From Cyanophora paradoxa CCMP329 (lineage: Eukaryota; Plantae; Glaucophyta): a stretch of DNA of 54,417 nt. Position 1 is the stretch's first letter. Each line of letters starts with the position of its first letter. Where the stretch lies: NCBI GenBank assembly GCA_004431415.1, contig QPMI01000187.1, positions 1 to 54,417 on the forward strand, written 5' to 3'. The position numbers and the translations under genes are program-made. This document shows positions 43,857 through 54,417 of this stretch, one piece after another. Below the pieces are notes generated by a model. It was not told the origin of the DNA and did no database searches. It saw nothing but the letters and a program-made list of their open reading frames with translations.

Positions 43857-46800
43857 CTATCGCGCAATGGAGGCGCGGCTGCCGGACGGCGCCAGCGTCT
43901 TCCGCTGGGCGGCCGCCGGTCCCGGCCCTGGCGTCGGCGACGCCGAGCCGGGCCTGCCGCCCGCCTTCGAATTCGCGGCGGAGACCGACGAGGCGTTGGC
44001 CGGCTTGGAGCCGGGGCCGGGGCCGCCGCCGCCGGTGCCGGCGCCGTCCATCGGGGAGAGGCCTGCAGGGGCCTCATTCGAAGCCAAGCGAAGAGAAGCA
44101 GAGCGGAGGAGCGGGCGGACCGAGGAGGAGGCGCTCGGCGGGGTCGAGGTACTTGGCCATGACGGCCCGCAGCGCCCGCGCCAGCTCCTGCGCCTGCGCA
44201 CGCGCGCGCCACGACGAAGGAAGAAGCCCGGCGTCAGCTGCAGCTACTACGTGCGCCCCCGGCCCCCAAGGAAGCTCGGAAGGACTCTCAGGATCGATAT
44301 CATCGGTATCGGATCCCTCTCTCTCGTGGACGTGCACCTGGGCGGGGGTCTCGAGGCGGTGCTCGCGGACGTAGAACTGCAGCAGCTCCTTCTGCGCGCG
44401 GGCCGACCAGGCCATGGCGTCAGCGCCCCCCCCCCGCCCCGGCCCGGGGCGCCCTCCCCAGCCAGCCACGCTATGAATCTCAAGCGTCGGCCGCGAGCCG
44501 CCAGCGCCGCGCCCGCCCGCCGGGCCCGGGGCGCTGGCGCCCTCCCCGCGAGCCTCTACGGATCCTAGGCCGGGGCGGGCGATCCTAGGCCGGCGCGGGC
44601 GGGAGGGGGCGGGGCGGACGAGCTCGGCGATGAGGCCGCGCTTGGCGAGGAGCGCGTCCCGCGCCGGCCGCACGCTCTCCTCCGACACCTGCCCCCGCCC
44701 CGGCCCCGGGCCCATCCATGATCAGCGGCAGGCGGTCGGCGGTTGGAGCGAAAGGCTGGGGAACATCGGCCGGCGCGTGCAGAGGAAAATAAATCGTTCG
44801 TCTAGAACCTTAAGCGGCAGTCGGCGCGTCGCTTCTAGAAGAGAAAGGAGCGGCGGCGGCGCCAGAACTTGTCGGAAGCCGCCCAAGTCAGAGGCGGGCG
44901 GGCGGGCGCACGAGGGCCTGCGCGGCGTCGACGGTGGCCCGCAGCGCCGCCGCCTCCTCCCGCGCCGCCTGCGCCCCCGCCCGCGCCTCCTCCGCCTCCC
45001 CCTCCGCAACCTGCCGAATTCAAAGGGGGCTCAACAACAGGCCCGGGGTCTCGAATGAAACCTTTCATCATATAGTCTATACTGGGAGATTGGCATGAGC
45101 TTAAGTACTAGTCTCGGCCTTAGCGACGGCCGCCGGGCGGGGCGGGGCGGGGCGGGGCGGACCTGGCGGGCGGCCTCGGCGGCCTGGAGGGCGGCCTTGA
45201 GCGAGGCGGAGACGGCGCGCTCCCGCGCCGCCTCCGCCGCCCCCCGCCGCGCCTCCTCCACCGCCTCCCCCAGCTGCCCCCGGCCCGAGGTTAGCGCTCA
45301 GCCCGCTTGCTTGCTTTGCGCGCGCGGCAAAGGAGGCGATTAAAACCGATATATATCGGTTCAGTTAGTTCTTCAGTGTTATTTAGTCTGCTATATATAT
45401 ATTATATGCTGGTTGTTTGCATGGATTATTATTCGGTCGGGTTCGAAATGATCCCGCGCGCCTCCTTGGCCTTCTCGACGCGCTCCTGGCTGACGGCGCG
45501 GAGGACGGCGTTTTTCTGGTCGAGCTGCGCCGCCACCTCCACCCGCTCCCGCTTCTCCCGCTCCAGGTCCCTCTGCCCGCCCCGAGAAGAAGGAAGAATC
45601 AGAAGGGAGGCCGAACGAAAACGTAGGGCGCGCGCGGGCGGCCGGCCACTAGGTCCTAGATATATTTTCATCGGTCCCGGCCCGGCCCGGCCCGGGATCA
45701 GGAGGAAACCGAACGAGAGCGTAGGGAGCGCGCGGGCGGGCGGCCACTAGGTGGGAGACATATTTTCATCTAGCTTAATCGGACGGGGGTAGGGGGCGCG
45801 GGGGTGTAGGTGGGGAGGGAAGAGAGGGGGGGTAGGAGGGTTCGCACGTTGGCGGCGTGTGCGGCTTCGAGGTCCTTCGCGAGGGCGGCGGAGGCGGCCC
45901 GCAGCGTCGCCGCCTCCGCCCGCAGCGCCGAGAGCTCCTGCGCATGCGCGCGCGGGCGCTGTTAAAAGAAGAGGCGAGAAGGGGGGAGGGGGGGCGAGGG
46001 GGGACGGAGGGCGGCGGTGAGGAGAGAGCGGAGAAAGGGAGAAAGAGGGAAAACTTCGGAAGGCCGCGCTAGCGCTTTGAGTCAGGTGGTCTAGCAAGTT
46101 TTACCGAGCGGGCGCGGCGGATAGACAACAGGGGGCGGGCCGGGCGAGGCGAGGCGGAAACGCGCAACGCCGCGCTTCGACTCGTGTTCGAGCGATCCGG
46201 CGCTCTCTTAATAAAGCCCGGGGGGGTCCTGCCCGGCCCGGGCGTGCGGGGGGCGGGGCGCACGGCCTGGGCGGCCTTGAGGGCCTCCTGGGCGCGGAGG
46301 GCCTCCCCCCGCCCCCGCGTCGCCTCCCGCGTCCGCTCGTGCAGGTCCCCTGCGCCCGCGCCCCTCAGATGGCTCGGATGACTCGGACCGGATCGAATCG
46401 AGTCGCGCGCTCTAGATCTTCGGGTTCCCTAGGCTGGCGGGGCCGGGCTGGGTCGGCTGGGGTTCGAGCCCGTATCTCCTCTTCCGGATCTAACTTCAAG
46501 CACGGCTCGGCGGCCCGTGCGCGCACTTCCTGCGCGCTAGGCCAGGCTCCCTGGGTCCCCGGGGGCCCCCGGGGCCCGGCCCATTATTGTGGCGCGCGGG
46601 GCCAGGGCCGGACGCACCGCGGAGGGCGGTGAGCTCCTTGGAGTAGCGGACGGTCGCCAGCTCCAGCCGCTCCTCGTGCCCCTTCACCTGAGGGGGGGAA
46701 AAGTTGGCGGCAGGGACCCGAGAAGCGGGGAGGGGAAGCGGGGAGGGGAGAGGGGGTGGGGCGGTGGGGAGAAGAAGCTCGGGGAAGCGTGGGGCGGGCG

Positions 46801-49800
46801 CGCCTCTAGCTGTAGGCTGGCTGGGCTAGGCTAGGTAAAGGGGAGAAGTTGGGGCGGGGAGAAGAAAGCGAGAAGCGAGGGAGCCAGGTCCCCGACCAGG
46901 AGCGGGGCGAGCTCCCGTTCTAGAGAGGCGGAGGCGCCCCCCCGTTCTCGGGGCGCGGAAAGGATCTAGCTCGGCCCCCCGTTCTCGGGGCGCGGAAGGG
47001 GAAGCGGGGAGGGGAGAGGGGGATCTAGCTCGGCGCACCTCCTCCTCGAGCTGGGCGAGGCGGGCGCGGGCGGCGGCGAGGTCGCCATGCGCCGCCTCCC
47101 GGCCCCGCTCCACCGGGTCCAGCCGCCCCCGCACCTCCTCCAGCTGCCCCCGACACAAAGCTCAGCTTCCTAGCCTCCCCCTTCTTTCTTCTAAGGCGGA
47201 CCTCCTCTTTGAGGGCGGCGGCGGTGCGCTCGGCCTCGAGCTTCTCGCCGGCGGCCGCGAAGACCTTCGCCTTCGTCCGCGCCAGCTCCGCCTCCAGCTC
47301 CCGGATCTGGCGGCACCACGCGTACCCCGCCCAGCAGCCGTGAGGAAAGCGATGGGGAGGAAAGCGATCCAGGAAGGAAGGAGAGACCCAGGGAAGAGCG
47401 AGCGACTCGTTACAGGCCTCTGCCCCTGCCCCCCGACTAGTGCTACAGCTGCAGCTACAGCTGCAGCTACAGCTGAAGGAAAAGGCGGACCTCGAAGACG
47501 GCGCCCTGGATGTACTCCGACTTCTCCTTCGACTGCGCGCGGCGGGGTACGCTTGAGCCGCCCGCCCCCCCCGATCCGATCCGAGACGGCGGGAGGGGGG
47601 GAGGGGTGTCGGGATAGAAGGCAAGGCGAGGGCGGAGCGCGGGGCCGTCTTGTCTAGGCGCCCCGGCCAGCCGGCGCCGTCCCGCCGCTCCAGGGTGGGT
47701 GGGTGGGTGGGTGGGTGGTGTGGTGGTGGGGGGGCGAGGGGGGGGGGGGGGGGGGGGGGGACGGGGGCGGGGCGGGAGGGCGGCGGGGGCGCGCCTTGCC
47801 CTCGGTGTCGGAGAGCAGCGCGTCCCGCCGCTTCACCTGCCGCCCGTAGAAAGCTAAGCAGAAGAGGGAGGGGGAGGGCGGGGGGGGTACGCGCCTCGGC
47901 GGCGAGGGCCTCGGCCTCGCCGGCCTTGGCCTCGAGGGCCCGCGAGAGCCGCTCGGACTCCGCCTGCGCGGGGGCCGGGGGCGAGGGGGGCGCGAGACGC
48001 GGCCGTCAAGGACGAGAAGGGCGGCTCTGCTCTAGATCTGAGAGGCTGGCTAGCTCGGGCTGTGAGGTCTTGATCTGGAGGGTGCTATAGCTATCTCCAG
48101 GAAAGGTGGGCGGGGGGGAGGGGCGGGGCGGGGAGGGCGGGCGGGCCTGGAGGCGCTTGAGGTCGGCCTTCATCGCCGCGTTCTGCCGCGAGTGCTCCTG
48201 CGAGGAGCCCGCCGCACGTTGGCCGGCGCGCCCCCCCTCGACCGCCCGCCGTCGGCCGGGCGGGGGTCCGGAGCAGACGGACGGACCTCGGCGTTGGCGA
48301 GGCGGAGGGTCAGCTGCTGGTTCGTCGCCGCCAGCCGCTCGTTCTCCGCCTGCGGCCGAGCGCGCTCAGGGAAACGGGGGGAAAGGAGAGGGCTGGTGGG
48401 GCGCCTTAAGCTGGCGGAGGGCCTTCTTCTCCGTCTCGCGGGAGTGGTCCCGGAACCCCCGGCTCTCCCGCACCTCGTCCCCCACCTGCGCGGAGGAGGC
48501 GAGGGGGAGGGGGGGGGGGGGGGGGGGGGGGAAGTCAGGGGCGGGTGAAGGGTGGGCAGGTGGGCGGGGGGCGCGCGGCGCGCCTCCTGCCGGAGCTTGG
48601 AGATGGTACCCATGAGCCTGGACGCCGAAAGTCAGCGCGCGGCGCGCTGACAAGTCGGCTTGGGCGCGCGGCGCCGGGCCGCGCAAAGGGCGCGCGGCGC
48701 GCTGATAAGAATATAATACGAATCTAATACTAATAGAATCTAACGGCGGGGGGGCGGGGCGGACGACTCAAACTTGGCGACGGCCTCCGTGATGGCCGCC
48801 GTGCTCGCCGCGTCCTTCGACGCCCCGCCCCCGCCCCGCTGCCGTCCAGACTAAGGCTAGAGAGAGCGAAAGCGAGAGGGAGGGAGAGAGATTTGATCGC
48901 TCACGAAGCGGCGGAGGCGGGAGGCGAGGCCGTCCGCGTCGCCCCGCACGTTCTCCACCACCGATTCCATCGCCCGCAGCTTCTCCAGGATCTGAGGGGA
49001 GGAGGAAGGAAGAAGAGGTCAGGAAGGGAAGGAAGGCTTGGTAGCTCTAGCTAGCAGCTAGGTAGCTAGCGCACGGCCTCGTTCTTGGACTGCATCTCCT
49101 TGATCTGCTCCGTGGCGCTCTCGGCCGCCGTCGCCTTGCCGACGGGCGGGAAGGCGCGCTTGCCCAGGGCCCTGGGCAGGCACTGCGTGATGGCCTCGGG
49201 CGTCTCGAGCCCCTTGAGCTGAACCTGCGCGCGCGCCAGAGCAATTGTAAGCTCAGCCCCGAGCTCTGGGCTTATAATTAGCTAAGCCATCCTAGACCCC
49301 GAACCAGCTCTGGGGACCAAAACTGAGCTCGCGTGCGCCAAACCAAGGATACGCCAAACCAAGCCCCGAGCTCTGGGCTAAGCAGGCTAAGAAAGGCCCC
49401 TGCAGCTACTTCAAGCTCCCCATCCGAAGGCTCATGATCAGCTCAGGGAGGCCCAGGCCCGCCCCCTCGCATGCCAAACGTAAGCTAAGCCGGGCCCGAG
49501 CTCTGGGCTACGCTAAGCAAGGCCCCTACAGCTAATCTCGCGGCGCCCAAGGCCTAGACCAGGCCAGGCCAGGCCAAGCAAGCTCAGCCCAGCTCGGCCC
49601 AGCTCAGCTCAGCTCAGCGAGGCCCCTGGGCCCGCCCGCCCCCTCGCCCCTGGCCCGCACCTCGCCGAGGGGCTTGAAGACGGCCTCCTTCTTCAGCTCG
49701 GCCATGTGCCCCTCCAGCGCCCTGCGAACCAAGGGCGGGCGGAGAGGTCAGCGCTAGCGCTCCCGTACAGAGCGGGGCGGGCGTGCTTCATGGCGGAGCC

Positions 49801-52800
49801 GGAGACGGTGATCTGGCCCCCGTGGCAGATCCCCTCCACCCGCGCCGCCCGATTCACTGCACCGAAAGCGGAGGTTATAGGTTAGATATGGTTAGCTGTT
49901 CGTTGCTTCTTCTTTTCCGGCGGCGTGGCGCGCGGGCGCGGGCGCACCCATCGGGCCGAAGTAGTCTGCGGGCGGGCTCGGGCCTCAGCTGGGGCTGTCG
50001 GGAGGGGGGTACGGGTGCGGGCGGTGCGGGCGCACGTACCCATGCGCCGCGTGGTCGGGTCCGGCTCGCACGAGGGCTCCCCCGTCTGCCCCGCCCCGTC
50101 AAAAAGAAGAAAGAAGGAAAGGAAAGAAAAGAAAGGAAAGAAAAGGAAAGGAAAGAAAAGGAAAGAAGGAAAGGAAAGGAAAGGAAAGGAAGGGAGGGGG
50201 CGGACGTGGCAGCCCATGCGGACGCGGAGGCCGCGCCAGAGGAGCGACCCCGCCTCGTCCTCCTCCACCGCGCTCTCCGGGTTCTGCCCTCCCTCGAGCA
50301 TGTCAGTTCGAGCCGCAAAGCTTGTCTTCTCTCAGAGTCTAGCTTTATCTAGGAAAAGCGCTTGTCTTATCTAGCTTTTGTCTTGGAAGCTCGGACCCGG
50401 TCTCATCTGATCCGATCTAGGCAAAGCCGGCGGGGGCGGCGGGAGTGGGCGGCGTGCCTTCAGGAGCTCAGGGTCCCACTCCTCCTTCGTCAGCTGCACC
50501 TGCGCCGCACGGAGTCAAAGGGCGAGTGGCGTCGGACATCTCTCGCTGTACCCCGTGTCCAGAGGGCGGGGGGGGGGTACCTGGACGTCGAGGCAGAACC
50601 GGATCGCCTCCAGCGCCGACGCGAACGCGATCATGAACGCGTCCCCTGGAGGGGGGGGGGATGAGGCGGGGAGGGGTAGGGGGGGGGCGGCTCCGCACCC
50701 TCGGTCTTGACCTCGTACCCTTTCCAGGCCCTGCCCGGATCGAAGCGTCGCTTAGGCATCACAAGAGAGACGGGCAAAAAGAGGGCCCGGGCTGACTTGA
50801 TGCGGGCGCGCATGAGGCGGTTGTGCTGCGAACGAAGCGGAAGTCAGGTGAAGTTCGTCGGGGGGGGGGGGGGAACGGGGGTACCTGCTTGAGGGCGGCG
50901 GCCATCAGCTTCGCGTTGCTCTCCCACTGCGCCGTCGACCCCTGGATGTCTGCCCGGGGTACAGTTATTCACCCTCGAGCACCTGCCTGTCGGGGCGGGA
51001 CGGGGGTACCAGTGAAGACGAGGGTCACGTTGCCGGTCGGGGGGAGCGCCCCGTCGTCGTCAGGCCTGTACCCCTCCTGCGGCGCCAGGCCGGGTTTACG
51101 AAGAAGGGCGGGAAGAAGTGAGGGGGTACAGGGTCCCACCACGCGGGACTCGCGGATGCGCTCCTCGATCGCGACGAGCTTCGCGCTGAGGGACTGCCGG
51201 CGGAAGGAAGAACGAGACAAGGCACCAGCGATTAGATGAGGGGCATTAGTGCAAGGTTTCTTCTGCCTCACCTGAACTTCGTTGCGCTCGGCCTTGAGGC
51301 TCGCCTCCGTCTGCTGCAGCTCCCTCATGAAGCGCTGCGCCCGAAAGAGAGAGAGAAACAAGCCCAAGGCGTCAGCAAAGCAAGGAACTGAAGCCGAGGG
51401 GATGGGGGCGGGCCTCGACGGAGGCGGCGGCGTCGGCGACGAGCCGCTCCCTCTCCGCCGCCTCCGCCCGCGCCGCCTTCTCCAGCGACTCCGCCTGCGC
51501 GCCCGGTACCCCCCGCCTCGACTCAGCCCCTTCGCTTTAAACAGCCACGCTACGCTTCGCTACGCTACGCTTTGGGGGCGCGCCTTGTGCTGGATGTCCC
51601 CGAGCTGGGTGCGCAGCTTCGCCAGCTCGCCCTCCGCCCCCCGCTGCGCATCCAGCAGCGACGAGACCTGAGCGGCCGGGGACAGGGCGCGGGGTCAGCC
51701 GAGGAGGTGGAGGGGGGGGGAGGGGGGGGGGGGGGGGCGGGTGAATCGCGAGCCTGCTGCTCCAGCCCGCTCGCCTGCGGAAGGAACGGGGTACAGTGAG
51801 TCAAGGCTCAAGAGAAGGCGGGAGGGGGGGGGAAGCAGGGGGGTACCCGCTCCATGGCCTTCTTGGCGCGCTCGGAGAGGGACTTGTGGGACGCTTTCAT
51901 GCCGTTCATCGTCTCCAGCGGGATCACCTGAGGTGGGGGAGGGGGGGTACGGGGCGCGCTCGCTCATGGGGCAGAGGGGCGCGGGAGGGGGGTACAGGGC
52001 CGCGCCTCCTCTATGAAGTCGCGCCCCAGCCCGACCGTGTTCCGCAGGATGAACGTCGGAACGGACAACAGCTGCGGGGGGTACGCGCTCGGAAGATGGA
52101 CAGGGAGGGGGAAATGTCGGGGAGGGGAACGCCGCACCCGGTTGCCCGCGATCTCGAGGTTGTCGAGCTTGCGGCACTTCTCCAAGTCCGCCGGGAGCTT
52201 CCTGCGGGTTGTACGGGCTCGTTTGTTGGGGGTGGGGGGAAGGGCCCCGGGGGGTACGGCGTTCGGGGCGCACGCGAGCTGGTTGTTCTGGAGAAGGAGG
52301 GTACTGAGGTTCTCCAGCCACCCGATGGAGGAGGGGCACTGCAAGGGGGGGAGAGGCTCGGAAGGGCGGCGGGGGGGGGGGGGGAAGGCGCGGGGGGGGG
52401 GGGGGAAGGCCTCAGGGGCTAGCAGATTACCTGAGTTATAATGTTGCTGGAGAAATCGAGGTACTCGAGCGACGTGATTCGGCTGCGCGGGGTACGGGAT
52501 TCAAGAGAAAGCGGGGATACGCGTCCGTGGGGCTCGGCGACATCGCACGCACCCGATCGTGGAGGGGATCTCCTTCACTGGGGGTACGTTAAGCGAAGCT
52601 CGGGACGGGAGAGAAGGGGGGGGAGTGCGGGGTGGGGTACATATGTTCTGGGAGGCTTTGAGGGCCGTGAGGCTCGAGAGGCGCTCGAAGGATTTGTGAA
52701 GCGCCTGCGGGGAAAGGGGGCGGATCAGGGGGTACAGGAGCACGGGGGGGTACGTGCGGACCTGGATCTGGTTTCGGGAGATGTCCAGGGTGATCTGAGG

Positions 52801-54417
52801 GGGTACAGGACGTTTCGAAAATATCCAAGAAAAGGAACAGCTAAGGGCGTACGAGGGAGGAGAGGTAGGGGCCGAGGTCGGGGCAGGCCTGGAGGGCTCG
52901 GATCTCAGCGAGCGAAGCTAGATAGCGAGCGCCGAGGCTGGATCAAATTCTAGAGAGGCCGGCGGGACCTGCAGGGCTTGGTCGGAGACGTTGAGCTCGG
53001 TCAGCCCGGAGAGGGCGGCGGCGACGGAGGAGGCAGCCGGCTTCCGGAGGAACGAGCCCTGCTTCACCATGGCACCGGAGGCGCCGGAGGCAGAGGCGGC
53101 AGCGGCGGCGGCCGCCGCCGGCTTCTTCTCCGCGTCCGGGGCCCCTGAGGCGACGGAGGCGCGCCGGAGGCCCGTCGGAGCTGTGATGTCCGGCTGTGAC
53201 GAGCTGCGCGGGCCGGGTCAGTCGGTGAGTCAGCGGCCCGGCGGGGGCATCGCGTGCCTCCGGGAGACGCGGGCGTAGAGCGGGGAGCGCGAGTTGCTGC
53301 GCGCCCCCCCGGTGGGCGTGAGCGCCCCGGGGCGCGAGCCCGAGCGCGCGCCCTGCAGGGACGCCGCGTCTGCTTCAGACTCGCGCGCAGAGTCGGCGGG
53401 CGACGTCTCCGCCGCCGTGAGCAGCGGCGTCGTCACGAGGAGCTCGCCAACGCCGCCCAGCCCGCCGGTGCCAGCCGCTGCCTTCCCGACCGATCCGGCC
53501 CCGTTCGACAAGTACAGGGGATTAGCGGGGTCGCTGACGCCTCCCGCCGCCGACTCCAGAGGGACCGAATTCGGGCGCTGCTGGTTGGCGGGTGGGCTCA
53601 GCGTGTTCTGCAGGTTCGAGGCAGAGGCAGGCTTTGCCGGGAGCGGCGGCAGCGCGCCGCTGCTCGGCGATCGCAGCATCCTGCCCGCGGCAGCCGAGCC
53701 GCCCGAGCAGGGCCTGACTTAGCCGAGGGTAACGCCTGGGCTGGGAGCGCTGGATTCCTGTCCCGTTGGGAGCGCTATAGCACGTACTCCAGCTGCTAGC
53801 TATAGGTCTCCTGCAGGCTGCAGATGCTTGTCGGAGCACAGCACTTCACCTATGACGTACTCCCCCCCCCCCCCCCCCCCCCCATTGACGCCAAGCGCGC
53901 CTTCTTGTTGCGCGCGGAGGCGGCGGAGCACAGAGCTTGCCGCGTCGGATATCGATAAACCGGGAGGCAGGCTTGCATTATCCACGAGCTCCGCGCGCTC
54001 CCGGCAAGCGAAGCCAGAGCTTGGCGGGCGGTGCATCGAATCGGCCGCCAGCAGCGCTAGCCGGGGCTGCTGTCTGCAAGCTCGAGCTCTTCAAAACTGT
54101 CGTGGCCGTCGGATTGCGCGGCGCAGACGAACTTTCCGCATCGGATTTGCGACCATTAACGCCCGATTGAGACGCGCCATCTTGGCGAAGTGAAACCGCA
54201 GCAGCTTCAACACGTCGAATCGGCCGCAGGCGAAGCCACAACGTGGCTGCTCGCAGCGAATGACGGACGGGGTCGCTGCCGCGGCCGGAGGCCCCGGCGC
54301 CGATGCCGCCCCGGAAGCCCCAGCCAACTTCTGCCGGCCTGCGGCTTACCCAACGCTGCCGAACGAGCCTGAGCGACTCAAGGATGTGGAGAGGCTCGAT
54401 CTGCTCGACACGCCCCG
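43857..54417 (-). CDS. Leucine-rich-repeat class III adenylyl cyclase with a long C-terminal coiled-coil; 5' end outside the window
   Basis: LRR exons at ~52030-53010 (LTELNVSDQ, LDISRNQI, LEYLDFSSNII, LSTLLLQNNQL, LDNLEIAGNR). Cyclase motifs VTLVFT-DIQGST, YEVKTEG-DAFM, GLRVRMGCH, DYFGP, VNRAARVEG and LKGLE at ~49150-51040. Heptad-rich exons continue to the stop at 43857; linking these 3' exons to the same gene is an inference. Confidence 0.85.
50101..50195. repeat. Intronic purine-rich (GAAAG/GAAAA)n simple repeat
   Basis: Direct reading. Confidence 0.85.

Noticed and set aside
26846-54417. Many long Arg/Pro/Gly/Ala-rich ORFs in the six-frame track (e.g. 26846-28255, 29729-30652, 37825-38718)
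   Set aside because: These are shadow ORFs from high GC content and read-through of C/G-rich introns. The real genes are spliced in other frames.

Overview
Eukaryotic, GC-rich, intron-dense genomic DNA from a protist or alga (lineage not identifiable from the sequence), in three compositionally distinct blocks. (1) ~1-19.2 kb is an intermediate-GC, intron-containing transposon zone. It holds a frameshifted multi-exon gene fusing a DOT1-like methyltransferase, a Ulp1/C48-like protease and an AWS-SET-postSET methyltransferase, followed by a possible CACTA-type terminus (TAGTG at 6677-6681) and a 253-bp duplication. Next come a divergent CMC/EnSpm (CACTA-type) DDE transposase gene (minus strand, 7.5-12.6 kb), a divergently transcribed companion gene or genes, and a 101-bp tandem array. 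(2) ~19.26-25.88 kb is an AT-rich, intronless endogenous viral cassette of ~6.6 kb. It encodes a Nucleocytoviricota-like double jelly-roll major capsid protein, a penton/minor capsid protein, an A32-like packaging ATPase and four small ORFs, but no recognisable polymerase, helicase, integrase or protease. It has iteron-like arrays, a perfect 24-bp palindrome and weak inverted termini. (3) ~25.9-54.4 kb contains host genes: a hypothetical protein, an SLC26/SulP-STAS anion transporter, a large secreted Cys-rich GPI-type surface protein, and an LRR + class III adenylyl cyclase + coiled-coil gene, plus a TA-flanked MITE. The best candidates for a new system are a capsid-only mini-virus adjacent to, and possibly mobilised by, a CACTA-type transposon, and transposon-borne chromatin-writer cargo. 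All domain calls are by-eye motif recognition, and splice models are manual.
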